Assembly: GCA_046563655.1 (NCBI GenBank)
Contig: CM102286.1
Span: 496,001-560,000 of the forward strand
DNA: 64,000 bases
Reading direction: 5' to 3'
DNA from: Yuukianura sp. NJ FZ-2021
Taxonomy: Eukaryota
Of this stretch, positions 27,078-51,669 are shown piece after piece. The stretch's first letter is position 1. Each line of letters starts with the position of its first letter. Below the pieces are notes generated by a model that did no database searches, was not told the origin of the DNA, and saw only the letters and a list, made by a program, of their open reading frames with translations. The translations under genes and the position numbers were made by a program.

Positions 27078-28844
27078 CTAGTTAACTCGAGGCTTTTTGT
27101 CCCATGACTCCTCTGCATCAACTACTGCCGTTGCTTGCTCAATCAAGTGATAGAGTGGATCATAGTAATCTAAACCGTGTGGGTTTGGAGCAGCTGGATG
27201 TTTCGGATTCTGGCGTTTTGGTTTCCGTTTTAGTGGTTCCACCTTGGACCCGCGTCGTTTCTTCGTATTGAATGGCCATACGTAAATTTTGTTTCTAAAA
27301 AATGTGAAAATTCAAAATTGTGATGGTGAAAATAACATTAGCGCAGTGTTAACAGATGGATAAAATATTTCTGCCACCTAAATCAAATTAGATTGAAGTA
27401 TCAATTTTATCCAGCCATTTCTATCGGGTATTACCGGATGACACATTTTATCCACTGGTCAAAACTTCAATAAACTGGACATGCAGCAATAATGCATGAA
27501 CGAACGTGTAATTAAAATGTGGGCTTTGCCAAGGTTCATAAACAAGAAAATAGATTTTTCTTCAACAGGTTAGGCAATAACTCTAACTTTTTAAATTTTG
27601 TAAAAAAAAAAATTAGCAAAACTTGGTTCGCCATTCTGTCCTATGGCATATACAATGATGATTTGTATGTAATCAAATGGGATTGGCGGAAAAGTGTTGG
27701 CAGCGAAATTTTTAGAAAAACGTACTTATTGCCGCACCTGTTAAAGACGAAACTATTTCGTTGCAATAGGAACCTTGGCTTTACCGTTCGGATGTGGTAG
27801 TGGCGTTCAAGTAAGAAAGGAGAGAAGTCTTCTGGTCCTTAGTGAGGAGGAGTACTTTCGGTGGAGCCACGAGAGCCTTGAAGTCGTTCCGATTCATCGT
27901 TGGAAACCGAATCAATGGGACCAAATCTCTCAGAACCATCTTCAGAGCTTCGTTGGGATCGGGCGGTCGAACGCTCATGCGTTTGCACTGGTCGTTCCCC
28001 CAACTATTTTTTTGTTATATACAAAGTCACATGACAGAATTACGTCAAAAAAGCATACCGTTTTCATTGAAACTTTCTTACCGCAGAAGGGCTTTGAACA
28101 CTTGAGTTTCGTCTGTCGCAGTCAGTTCATCTGATTCCAACAATTCCATGAGGTTGCGAGACGTGAGCTTCAAAAATTCAGCTGAATCCAAGATGGTTCT
28201 TGCTTTCCTACGACAAACAAATACACAAAACGAAAGTGATTTGTAGTTTTTTTTTTTTTAGTTTTGCTTTGGAAGGAAACCTCAAAATGAAACGACGTGC
28301 GTCATATCGCAGTATGTCTTTTCTATACTTCGCTGCCAGTTCGTAAGTGGTAACCGCCGATTGTTCAGTAATTTTTTCAAGACTTTCCCAGCACCATTTT
28401 TCCAACTCCGCCACATTGAACTGGACCGCATAGTCGAGCAAGGTGGATGCTTGTGCTGGTTCTGGGAATACGCCGGTGTATACAAACTAAAAGTTTAAAA
28501 GAGTGAATCAAACGTGAGAATACTGAAGGATGGTCACTCTCGAGGTTTAAGTGAACCACTAAAAATGTCTACCGTTTTTAAGACGTTACCTCCAGAAATT
28601 GTTCAAAGTCGTGTTTGGTTCCGTCATGAATCCTCTCGCGGGGATGGAGATGTTTTTGGTCTTTGAACTTTTGTTCAAAGACTGCAGAGTGGATACTGAG
28701 GATGGACTGATGTGCTTTGACCTCTTCTCTCTTTGGCCCCACCAAGAATGTCACATCGTATTGATATCCACGCTCATTTTTGAGCAGCTCAGTCATTCGA
28801 CGACTGTGGCTTGTTCCTGATTTCTTACGCCAATCTAGTGCCAT
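27078..28844 (-). CDS. BTB/BACK-domain protein, paralog of the nested gene
   Basis: YDVTFLVGPKREEVKAHQSILSIHSAVF, LEKWCWESLEKITEQSAVTTYELA, LRDLVPLIRFPTM. Exon layout parallels 24036-25295. Confidence 0.8.
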
Positions 28845-29301
28845 CTTCTTCAGCCTTCTCCAAGATCTTGTAGTTTCTGAAACAATCGTTGTCGTGAGTC
28901 CTCTGCTGGGTGAAGCTGATGCTGACCACTTTTGTACAACTACTGCGCAATTTTAGTGCAATATCTGGTTGGAGTCCACAAAACAAGCGGCGTGTAGAAT
29001 TTTTAAGTTTTACACTGTCCTCTTTGGGTCCGCAGCCCACGCTGGTGACTCACCAATGGATAACACTAATCTAATCTAATTTCAGATTGAGTATTTTGCT
29101 AATTTTATGGATTTCAAACTACGGTGAGATGAAAGATAGAAATAGAATGGAAACTAGTACTTGGGAATGAACGATCAGAAAAAAGATTAAAAACGATTCA
29201 AACGAAGTCATAAAAGATTACGGAAAGCGGTGCAGGTTTAATTCAAAACGTGGCACGTAAAAGTAACTGCGTTTATTTTCCAAAAACATAAACTTCAAAA
29301 T

Positions 29302-30183
29302 TTAGTTTTGTGTTACATAAAAACAAGCCAAAACTTTGAACATGGCGGGAATCAAATACGAATGTTCGAAAGTCCGAAACGAAACGGCTTTGCCTCTGAC
29401 CCTGGGAACAGTTCGAATAAAAACGTTTTTGGTACCGGAAGAATCGAGTTGAGCTAAATTTGAATTATTCAAAGCGTTTGAGTAGTTTGGCACGAAATTT
29501 GAATTTGAAACGTTTGTTGGAAATTCCCGCCGAATCGTCGTACTTTTCGTGGTTGTCCCTTCTGCCGGTGTCGCTGCTGTTCTGGATGGAAACAAAGTTG
29601 TCGCAGTTGGATTTTGAGTTGTCGTAGATCCAACAGTCGGTGATAGGCATTGCTTCGTTTGTGTTAAATTTTTCCAGCGACAAAGCAGACCAAGAGAGCA
29701 GTCGACGTCGTCGTAGCAGTTCGCACCGAGCGACAGTTTTTGGAGTTTGCGCGGATTGCGACATCGACTGCCAATGCAAAGCAAACCCAATGAACAGTAC
29801 ACTTCAATCCCATTGGCTTCACCGCAAGGTCCAAATTCTGAGACAGCACAAGTTTTCGTGTGAAGGTCAAAGGTCAATGACCCTTGCCAATGACCGTGAG
29901 CTTGACGTGACCTTGATGAATTTTGCTCATGAACAGTACTGCAGTGACACTTTAGACCGATGCACTCAAACTCAATTTCGTTTTTTGTTAATAGATGATC
30001 AAGACGAAACATGCAGTCGTCCGCAGCAGAACAAATTTTGCCCAAAGTTGACCTTTGACCTTGCGTTGTATTTGCTAAGTCACTGCTGACCTGAGCTGCT
30101 ACCGAGGTCAACTTGACGAAAAGTACAAAACATGTCAAAATTCTTGAAAATTTCACAGCAGTTTCTAGTCTCAGCAAAAACAT
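29302..30183 (-). CDS. Secreted Cys-rich protein with Thr-rich stalk, possibly GPI-anchored
   Basis: 293-aa single ORF with hydrophobic N-terminus, Cys-rich modules (C..DDVDCSLGLLC), S/T-rich region and hydrophobic C-terminus. Confidence 0.7.
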   Translation of the reverse strand: MFLLRLETAVKFSRILTCFVLFVKLTSVAAQVSSDLANTTQGQRSTLGKICSAADDCMFRLDHLLTKNEIEFECIGLKCHCSTVHEQNSSRSRQAHGHWQGSLTFDLHTKTCAVSEFGPCGEANGIEVYCSLGLLCIGSRCRNPRKLQKLSLGANCYDDVDCSLGLLCRWKNLTQTKQCLSPTVGSTTTQNPTATTLFPSRTAATPAEGTTTKSTTIRREFPTNVSNSNFVPNYSNALNNSNLAQLDSSGTKNVFIRTVPRVRGKAVSFRTFEHSYLIPAMFKVLACFYVTQN

Positions 30184-30842
30184 TTTGTGCTGATTTGGAA
30201 CTTATCACTTTTTCAAAAAAAAACTGAATTAGCTGCTGCTTGACCGATTTTTCATCCAAAACTGAATTTTTTTGAAAAGTTCAAACAAAAGACGACTGAC
30301 AGAGTTTCTTGCATCACCTTATGTCATTTCCTGTTCTAAAAAACTCCCCCGTTCTATTTGAACAAAAACCAAAACAAGTGAGAGTATACAAAAAATCTGT
30401 TTCCAGTTTCCAAAAATATCCACTGAGTAATGAGAAATCGTGTGGGAGATTCCAAGCGGCAGTTATTCACAGAGCTCCATTTTCCAAAACAAACACAACG
30501 TTTTTACAAAAAATGAAAAAGGAGAATTTTTCCTGTAAACCATTCAGTTAAGCTTTGTTTCACTTGTTTTATACCGAAAAAAATATTTGTGTATTGCCTG
30601 AAACCTTTTTGCTTTGGAAAAATGTTGAAAATTGGAAAAATGCCTGAAGCCATTTAAAAAAAATCTTGTTTTTGCCATGTTTGGAATTTCGGAGTCAAAA
30701 ATCCCCGAGGCTTCTTTTTTGGATTGTTGTGATTGAATTCTTCAAAACATCGGAAAAAGTCGGTCCATTATGAAGAAAATGTGATTTGGTTCACTTTTCA
30801 AAAAAGAAATTTCAATTTCAACATAAAGTATAAATTTTGAAA

Positions 30843-32744
30843 ATGGGAAGTCGAAATTTTAGTTCAGAAAAAGGAGTTCCGCGGTTGCTAAGCGACTTGG
30901 AAGCGCTTTTAAATGATTCTCAGAGTGCCGATGTCACATTTTGCATCGGACCAAACGAAGTACAAATTCCGTGCCACTCTTTTCTTCTTAGACACCGGTA
31001 AACTAAAAATTATAACTTTACTAACAATTTTTGAAAAAGTCAATATTTGAAAATGTTAAATTTTTGAAGTTGCAAAATCTACAATTTTGACGAATTTCGT
31101 GGAACGATTACAACAAAGTATCCAGAGTTGAATCCCGACCTGTTCCGAGTATTTCTGTTCTACTTGTATACTGGAAAGGTAAAACTTAATTTTTGGTTTT
31201 TCCAGAATTCTATTTTTGAAACTTTTCTAAAATTTTGATTTTTGAAAACAGTTATCTGTAGATGAAACGAGCGTCTTTGACCTCCTTTGCATTGCCTGCC
31301 AATTCGGAATGGAAGATTTGGAGAAAAGTTGTGAAGATCTTCTATTTTGTGGTCACTTGGATCCTACTTCAGCCTGTTCGCTTCTGGACGCTGCGTTAGC
31401 AGCGAAGCGAAATCAGCGTCTTCTGGGCCAAGGAATTCAGCGTGTCATCAATCGCTGCGTGTCCTTCATCGGAGAAAATCCAGCCGATTGCATTCAAACT
31501 TCCCGCTGCCTTAATTTTCCAATGGAAACGCTCGTGGAAATCATTTCATCGGACCAAGTGAGTCTGCGTAACAAAATAAAGTAGAATTAGAGAATAAGGT
31601 ACCCAATACCGATACTGGTACCGAATACCGTATCTGATACCGAGTACCGTTTCATTTAGCTCTGTTTAGAAGAAGAAGAAGTGTGGCGGTTCGTGTTACG
31701 TTGGGCTCAGTTTCAGGCCAAAGTGGATACGCATGTGTCAAGATGGACGGAAGAAGAACAGAGCCGTGTTGCCACTTTTCTGTCTCCAGTCATTTCACAC
31801 GTCCGTTTACTCCTAATAGGTAAATCACAAACTACAAACTAAAAACTCATTTTTTTTTTGAAAAACTTCAAAATTTTGAAATTAGATTCCAGAATTTTTG
31901 CGGAAGAGGTTGAACCTACCGGTTGCGTTCCGATGACGATGTTGTTAGAACGGTACCGATTTGCTGCTCTTCCAAACCAATTGGGTGAGATGGATCCTCG
32001 GCTAAATCCGCGCAATACTCCAAGACTTTTTCAGTCTTCCACGATAATTCAAAATGACCGGGTCGCTCTTGGACGGAAACTGAACGACTGGTACGGCGGT
32101 GGCAGCAGACAGGCGTGGCGGTGCGTTTTTCGGGCCAGTGTGCACGGATTCTCAGCTGATGCGTTTCATTCCCGATGTGATGGAATTGCACCAACTTATG
32201 TCGTTGCACTAATTCAAAATGTAAAAAAATCAACATTTTTTGAAAATAATTTTGAAGTTTTGAACTTTTTTAAAAACTTTTCGTTTTAGACAAAGTGGGT
32301 ATGTGGAGGGTACTCGGATATTCCGTGGACCAAATCCAAGGTACCGCGATACGCAACGTCGAACCGGGCATTTCTGTTCTCCTATGATCCAAATAATTCA
32401 AATTCCTCTCGCCCACAACCCGCCAGATTCAATATCGTGAGGAAACATTTTGCAATTTGTCATGATTCCAAGTAAGCCGTTCAAAAAACTGTGTTTTACC
32501 AAAGTTTCGCTAAGAATAGTTTTTTAAAATTTTGAAAAGTTGTGGCCCAATTTTCGGAGCTGGATCGGATTTGGCTATTTCCGCTAACTGCAACACAAAT
32601 AGCGATTCTTACTCTAACCTACCTCACTCGTACGAAGCAGAAGATGGCGGTACTGGAGAAGTTCAAATGCTCACCCCTACGTACAATTTTACAATAGCAG
32701 ACTACGAAGTTTACACTCCAATTGACACAGATACATCGCAATAA
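30843..32744 (+). CDS. BTB-BACK-TLDc domain protein
   Basis: ADVTFCIGPNEVQIPCHSFLL (BTB), VWRFVLRWA (BACK), FRASVHGFSADAFHSRCDG...GPIFGAGSDLAIS...DYEVY (TLDc). Confidence 0.85.
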
Positions 32745-33096
32745 ACACGTTATAATTGCATGGACATACAGACAGAGAGACAGACAAACAGACAGAAGGA
32801 CAGGCAGACGGATAGACAGAAAGAGTTACAGACAGACATGATTCCTATTATAAAATAGCTCTCGCTACTTAAGAATTCTCACTGTCAGCTGATGTTTGAA
32901 TGGAAATGAGTCCCAGCAGTTATTGAATTTTAATAAATACACAATCGGTTTAGTTTAACAATCAACAAGTGTGAGACCACTTTAAATACAAAGTAGACTT
33001 GAGGCTTATCAGCGATAATTGGAGGCTAAGCTAACGATTGATCTTGATCCATCTTCTTCGCAGCGTAAAGGAATTCGTCGTCAAGTGAGTTTTTTG

Positions 33097-33992
<896 letters not shown>

Positions 33993-36319
33993 AATTTAAC
34001 GTTCCAGTGATTAATTAGTTAATTGACGTGTTGATTAATTCCTTCTCTCAGTGAACAAAGTAAATACAGCTGAGAGCAGGACGGATTGATTCTTTTTTGC
34101 TTTGATGACTAATGACAGGAAATTACAAAATCACAAAGTTGATAAGAACTTTTGATGTAAACAAACGAGTTGCTGTAAAAATTCTACTCTCTGCTCTTCT
34201 CCATGGCTACGCAGACAGAGGTGGGCAGAAAAATTATCTAAATTGCGTATTCATTTAAACTAAAACTACTGATTTGGTTTGTAAAGTTTTATAAGATTTT
34301 ATAATTAATAAGTGTAATTTATATACAATTATAAATGCACACAACATTTAATTATTTAATTATTTTTTCACAAAGATGTGTTTGCCCATCTCTGATGAAA
34401 GAGGTTCTTGTAGTGAGCTAGGTATAGCTGCTACAAAAGTTCAAAATTTTTAATTTTCGCGCCGTTCAGTGTATTTAATAAAATCAACTTCAAATGAATT
34501 CTCAGTTAGATTAAAAATAAAAATGTTAAACTCCCGCTAAAGTTCAAATTTACTTTGGATTCAAACAGAATAACTTCCGTTTCTTTGTTGTCGCTTGTTG
34601 CAGATTTTGCTCGAGCTTTGTTCCTTTTTTGTTTTCTTGTACAAGCTGACTACATTGCTAAATGAATTAGTGGAAGAGAGCCGAAAGCGTCATCGCCAGC
34701 CAGACGACGGAGGAGGACGAAATGGTAATAAGGCAAAATTCAATGTGAAATGCAATGGGAAAGAGGCGGAGGAGTCTGGAAAGTACAAGGATGGTCGAGT
34801 ACAGTACACTCTCCCCTTCTGTATCCCTAGCAAGTGTCATCGAACAGATGGAAAAATCGATCTCAACGTTGAATCAAGGATTTCGTAAGTGCATGTATTC
34901 AAGGCATCAATTTTTAACAACTTTTCATACTAAACTGCACTTTCTACAGTCTTTTTACCCTCGCTTTTCTAACGTTGTTAAAACGTTATGATTTTAGACA
35001 GTATAGCGCGGTACGACGCATAACAGACCTGGCTAACGAAAGATCGGCGCCTCAAACCAACGTTTTTTTTCACCTGAGGCGCTAAAAGTGTTTTATACGA
35101 GTTTGGTAGTACCCTGATGCCTGATTTCGTTTTTATTTATGCTAACTGAATATAGGGATTGGTTACTACACTCCTGCCTGAAATAAGCGAATTCAACGAA
35201 CGAACTCCTCACTATTAGTAATTTCGACGCTGAATGTGTGTTCGACTGTTTAATTTTGTACTTTGTATGTGTATAATTTGTTGATTTGCTGTATATAATA
35301 TTTCACATGCCGAGGAAATAGCGAGCCACGGCTAATGTTCTGATGGATTTTGTGTGTTTGTTTAGGTACTGACTGAACAGAAGGAAGACAAGACTGTATG
35401 AAAGAAACGAATTGAGTGATACATAACAGAACCACTTCCGTACTGCAACGTTCCGACGTAAGCACCGCCTCCATTTGGATATATCGTTGTATCTGGACTC
35501 CACTGGCTCTCTTTATACGGACTCTCTGCGACTGTTCACGGTACGGCGTCTGTGGAGGAACTTTGGAAAGGAGAGAGGTCACCAGAAGTCATGACGCAAT
35601 CGGTTTTGCGAGGGACGATACTGGGAGTCACTCGGATTTGAGTTCGGACGGGGTGGTAGTTGCCAGGCCATTTACATCTCTTTTTTTACGCACATGAAAA
35701 GAGTGCAACCAAAGAAGAGTTGTCTGGCTGGGGAGACTGAGAGCATAGCCATGGAGTGGCTATGCAGTTGAGGTTCAGGTCTCATCATCACCTTGCCTGT
35801 CTCATCATCTTCCATTTGGGAGCCACTCGGTTGTGTTGTGTTGTTCTTCCTTAGGTCAACAATACGGCCACAAATTAATTGTGTTTTGTTGGTGTAGGTG
35901 GTGGTGCAGCAATTGGAACACAATTAAAGAACCAGTACAAGGAGACTGGAGGCCTTCCAGGTCTACTGTTCCAACTTATCCTCATCATGAATATACGACT
36001 GTGTTTGTGAATCTACAGTTCCCGCTCTACTCAACAAGGCTGATCTACCAAGTATATCGAGATATCGAAGTCGAAGTTATCTAGTATCGAAGTATCCCGG
36101 GATCAGACGGAGGTCAAAGTTCAAATCAAGTGCAGTAGTAGTAGTGGATGTGGTGATCGTGTTGTTGGCCTTTGAGCACCGTAACACTTCCCAAGTTACC
36201 CAAAACTAAACAACGCAGTATTAAGATCTAACTGGACTCATCTTTGGCTAAACTTTAGCTGCTAAAGTGTCAAGTGCCCCCTGACAATGACATGATAATG
36301 GTGATTCCAATTCCAGTTG

Positions 36320-46108
<9,789 letters not shown>

Positions 46109-49100
46109 CTAAGACTTGGTTCTAGATGCTCAATGATTAGATTCTAACTTAATCAGGACTTAGATTTGTAGTTAAGTCGAATTTAATTAATTGTGGTTAA
46201 ATTTAATCAGAGTTTTGACGAGTGCACACTCACACAGTTCTATCTCTTGTAAGTCTTTTATGAAAGGCTAAGCATTATACGTAATACGTAACTGTAATTG
46301 CAGACTAATTAATGAAGATGGATTAATTGGGCCAATGTGAGAATATGGTGTGAAATGACAGAAAGTTTGTGTTTTTTTCACGGTGTTTTTTTTTTCAGTT
46401 TTTACTGAAAACTTTTCAGTTTGAAAAACACTGATTTTCCGGAGGTGCAAAAAACACTAATGAAATCTTTAAGTGACTGAAATTTAACAGGGATTTTTTT
46501 TGATGAATTGTAAAACAACCACTGATGACAAAGATTTTTTTGTTGTTGTTCTAAATGCGGGTTTTTATTTAGACAGGAAGATTGATTTTTTTAGAATCAA
46601 TTTTAAGAACTTAAAGTTTAGAGTGTATAATTTAAAAAAAGTGCAGATTTTAGTTTAAGCTCTGGCAATTCAGGGTAATTAATTACATGTTTTTATTGGA
46701 AAAATTGGAATGTTCAAAATTTTGATGTTTTGAAGGATTCGTTTTTTCGAGAACTGAAAGTTGAATTTTGTGTAACAAGTAATTAGAGTGGAAAATTTAT
46801 GTTAATTAGACCTTTAATTTATTTAAAAACCTGGTTCATTGTTCCTACACTTTTGTTTTTGAGTTTTTTCTGAAAAACGTAAAACACTCTAAACAAACGC
46901 TGACTTTTTCTGATTTCCAAAAAAACAAAGTTCCATATTTTTTCTTTTTACCGTCTAACTATTTAAAAATTTCAATTGGGTTTTGGTTTTTGAAAAAAAG
47001 TGTTTCGGTTTTACGATAAGGAAGAATTTTCAATGTATACTAAAACTCCTCCTCCCAAAAAAGATTTCTGATAATCAAAAAATTCATTTCTGAAGACTGA
47101 AAATTTAAAAATTTTGGACTAAAAATTTTAACACGACTTGAGTTTAACGAAAAACGGAGTTAAAAGTCTGTTTGTTGATGTGTTAACAACGTGTTATACG
47201 TTCACCTATTCAATCCTTCAATTCGTTTTGTGTTCTTGCAACAACCTGCTGAAATTTTTTTTTGATTTTTTGAAAAAAATTTCGAAAAAGTTTAAATTTT
47301 AGCGCTGAATGGCTTTAACCAATGAAGTACCTTTGAATTAAGGGATGCTCCTTGAATTTATAAGTTTAGAAAAAAAGAGTTAAGCTTTTAAAAGGCTAAA
47401 TTGTAATTTCCCCCACACATGATTTAATTGTGGTGTATTTGATGAAAATGATGATGATGAAATGTGTGTTTAGGGAAAAAAGCTAAATGGGAGTGATTTT
47501 TATACATTGGAAATTATAGTTAAAATTGTAATTAAAATTTAATTAGTTGGGTTAATTAATTAAGTCACGTAAAACTAATAAGAGAGTGTCAGATTTTTGT
47601 TAACTTAAGGTATGGACACGAGGGAGTGTTTAGCAATAACGTTTTCTGCTACTTCTCTTATGATCTGCGCATTCGTTTCGGCGCCAAAATACTTTCTAAA
47701 AGTTTTCCCCTCTGCAGAAGTGTCTAAATCCAAACATGTCTCACACACAGTCTCTCCTTCGGTTTACAGAAGATCCTCTCATTTAGCAACTTTTTTTTTC
47801 TCAAAATACCGTAAAACCTATATTTTTGGAGAGCGCTTAACTTTCGATGGTCAAAAGCCGCGATGCGATACTTTGAAGGTTTACGGTAGGACAACTCAAA
47901 CCAACCAGTCAGGAGACACCGCTCGACGAGCCAACCAATCAGAGCGAGTTGCTAAAAGAGGAGTTTTTCTGTAATGTTAATTTAGCTACACATTACATTT
48001 CATACACACTCTAAAACCGATACAGATATTTTCAATTTTACTAAATACCGAAACCTATTGTATTCTCTCTGAAATGGACTGGGTTAATTTCTTCTTCCAA
48101 AAATTTAATTAATTACCTCAACAGAATTACAAAAACTTAAAAAAACAGAAAACTAAAGTCTTTTTGAAATCAGGTTTAAACGAAACTGGATTTAAACTTT
48201 GCCGCTCAACTGTGGAATCATGAAACAGTAAAACTGCCATATTAAGATAAAGTTTAAAGTTAAAACAGGATTTAAAACAACAGCAGAAAAATAGGTTAAC
48301 AGATTTTTTGAAAAACAGAAATTTAGAAAAACTTTTTTTTATATTATATTTTTCTCTGGTTCCGCTCTGATGCTAAACTTACTCAACTATTTTTTAGTTT
48401 AAAGAAATAAAATGAGATTGATCAAAAATAGTTTTCAGGAAAATCAGATTTAACAGATTATATTGCGCAGACGGATAAACAGTATAAACATATTTTACAT
48501 AATCCTTGGTAGCCGTTTAACTTAACATTACACAATTAAGTAACTTTAACTAACTGTAATGCTCCACTTTCAAAATTTTGAAAAAATTTAACAGTGTCGA
48601 AAAACATACAGAGCGAAAAAGTTAACGGAAGGACGACGGAATTTTTTGGGCGAAGAAAAAAACGTGGGTGTCTTTTAGTCGGAAAAGACAGATATTTTTT
48701 TCTGGAATTGAAAAAAATTCTTGTCTTTTAAAATATTGATCTCGTAAACAATTGATGGGCGTTTTTAGTAAAACTTTCTGAAATGCCCAAAAAAAAGTCA
48801 AAAAACGACGAAAAATGTTCTTCCGCTTTTACCTTCCGTGCTCTTCCTCTGTCAGATTTAAAATATACAATGTAACTAAGGTATTTAAAAAGAAAGCAGA
48901 ATTTTGAAGTATTGCTCCACAATTAACTGAAAAATGCTGAAGGTTGAGTTGGTTTTTTTATAACTTGAAAAAGATTTGACTAAAACACAGATCACTGGAG
49001 AAATCTGACAATTTTTTCCTTCAAAAATTTACCAAATGCGACACTCCTTCGTGTGTCTGATGAAAGACATAAAATTGTGTTGAATTTAAAATTTAATTGT

Positions 49101-49884
49101 AATTGGCTGTAGGAAATACTTGCTTTGTTTAACTTCTTAAAAATATGTGAATTAAAACTTATTCGTAGTATTTAATTGGGGGAAAGAGTGTGAAGTTTGG
49201 TGTTTTAGGAAATCAAAAATTTAAACTTAAAAAATATGTTTAAGTAAAAAAGGGGAGGGGAGGAGAAATCAAAAAGTTGCAATTTTGAGAAAAATTGAAA
49301 ATCTAGAAGGAATTCGAAAACTTGAAAATTTAAGAACTAAAATGCAAGTTGTTTTTGGAAAGTTGGATGCTGAATTTGAATTTTATTTTCGGCGTTTTTG
49401 ATAGCATTCGTGAAAAAAATGTGAGGGTTAAATTGTAGTAAAAGTAAATTTAAAAAAAAGAGTAGTTGAAAAAACGGGGGAAAAAGTTAAGTGATTTGCG
49501 AAAGTGTGTCTCATGTTTTAGTTTGCAAATTTTAGAAAAAAAATTCCAAAATTTTGTGTTTTGTGTGTATTAGCGTCCACATTATGCGCACTTATTGATT
49601 AAACTAAAAATTATTGTCAACTGAAACTCCGACTGTAAAACTGTGAAACCTAAAAATTTAGACTCAAAAACAAAACTGTTGACTGTCCTTCAAAAAAACT
49701 TGGTTTTATGAAATCATTTACCAACAGATATTAAATTTTGTGTTAAGCCACCACCACACCCGATCACCAAAAGTTTAATTGTCCTCCAGAAATAGTGGAC
49801 AAAAACCAAATAAAATTGACTTTTCAGCAAAAAAGTGAAATTTTGAGTTTTTTTAAATTAAGGGAAGTATCGAAACTTTTTACT

Positions 49885-51015
49885 TTATACTTCGAGTTGT
49901 TCGTAAATCCAGTCGTCTTCAGACCTGTATCTCCGACATGGTCGTTTTCCCGCCTTTTTCTTTTTTAAATCTGTTCGTTTTTTGAATTTGACTCTGTCTC
50001 CGATGGAATTGGGATCGTTTTGGTAGAATTCCATCGTTTGTGGTCGGATAATGTAACCACCCCAGTCTTCTGGAAATGGAACTTTGAATCCTGGGCACTG
50101 CGCAAGTGCAAGGAGTTTCTGCGTTTCGAACAAAATTTCTTGTTTTCTCGTTCCACCGATACACTTTGATTGGTGTTGCACAAAGGCGCGAACTTGTTCA
50201 TCAACAGGCCGGGATTCAAAATAGTCCATGTTCTCTTTTCGACTCAGTTTTGAACTTTGACCTTCGACACGCACTTGACGCTGACCTGTGGCGTTGACCT
50301 CACCTTTGGGCACAAAAGACCACAGAAAAACAAGGGCAGTCCAGTCGTTGTCAGCCTTTTTAAAACAAAAATTCAAAAATTTGAATTCCGCGCCATCGGC
50401 GCGTACGATAATGTTAAATGATTCACCAGTTCATGGGCTTTGGGTGACGTGTAATCTGTGTAGATTTTGAATCCACTGGCATTGTAGTCTCTTAGTAGAA
50501 GCGTACGAGCTGCAGGACGTCCATTCCTAAATTTTGAAGGAAAATTTTTAACGAAAGTGAAAATTTTTTAAATTTGAAGAAATATGACTTTTACTTTTGT
50601 ACTGTTGACATTGACATGCTTTCAGGAAAAATGTTTTCAGCCCGACTTTTTGCTTCCAAGTACCAAGATTCCCAGAGTTTCATTGGCCCTCTTCCGTTCA
50701 CTTCGATTTCCGTGTACTCAATCTAAAAAGTTTAACATTTCGAAACTACAAACATGTGAAACAGCAAAAAAGATTAAGAATCTAAGTTTTACCTGTTTTC
50801 CAGTTCCTAAACACAAAAAATATGGAGAATTACAAATGAAGAAAATTCTAAAATTGTGAAATTTTCTTACCTCCGCATTTTCTTCTCTCCACTCCTCTGC
50901 ATCCTAAAAGCCAACAATTTTAATTAATCAATACAAATTAAATTGGCGAAAGCGTCGAAATACCTTTTGCTAATACCAAAAAGCACAACAGCGGAAATAA
51001 GTGATTGCAATGCAT
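49885..51015 (-). CDS. Divergent pyridoxamine 5'-phosphate oxidase-like protein with signal peptide, 265 aa (exons 51015-50964, 50903-50871, 50806-50793, 50722-50595, 50526-50427, 50355-49885)
   Basis: GRPAARTLLLR, RQVRVEG, YFESRP, HQS and WGGYIIRPQTMEFYQ motifs. All exon phases fit. Confidence 0.8.
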
Positions 51016-51669
51016 TTAGAAAATGAAAACTGCAACTGATGCTTTATAAAATTTTGTGTCAATTTCAAATTCGATAGCAAAAGTACTGATTTTTGTAACC
51101 TCGTTCCAAATAGTAGACAAGAACAAAAGCAGGGATCAAAATTCTCTAAAAATTTTCCTCTTTTTGTATTGTGAAGTTTGAATTTGACATTACATTGTAG
51201 CTGTCAAGTATGTGCTTGTGCATATTTTTTCAACAAAAACATGTTTTCTTTTTTGAAAAGCACAATTTTGTAAGCATATCAAACAGTAATCAATATTTCA
51301 AAATTTCAGTTAATAGTGGAGCGTGTCAATGTGAGTGGTTGTGGTCAGCGCTTTAACATAACATGTTTTTGTGTGCGGTTTTGTTGAAGAGGCCTCACCT
51401 CAAAAACTTAATTAAAATTAAACAAGAACAATTAAATTAACGCAAGAAGATGCCTGTAATTAAACTCTAAAATATGCAATCTAACAAGAAAATTAAAGTT
51501 TTACCGCAGACTTAAGTGCTCGCAAGTTCGGTATTTGACCAAAACTGATAAATTTTTAAAATTTACGAACTTATAAATATGGTTCTGTGTCAATTATTAA
51601 TCACAAACCTCACACTATCAAACTTGAGCGTTTCTTAAATTTAAAATTTAAAAAACATCACATACAACT

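Noticed and set aside
32767..32838. (ACAG)n tract; also (TTAA)n near 54550 and a ~30-bp duplication at 37143-37203
   Set aside because: Ordinary simple repeats.
35694..35898. ORF with in-frame TGA (MEWLCS*GSG), possible selenoprotein or readthrough
   Set aside because: No recognisable selenoprotein family and no SECIS seen. More simply a uORF in the mnb leader.
46109..49880. Possible genes in the 3.8-kb AT-rich stretch (e.g. ORF 47612-47974)
   Set aside because: No motifs or coherent splice structure. Likely long mnb 3' UTR or intergenic DNA.
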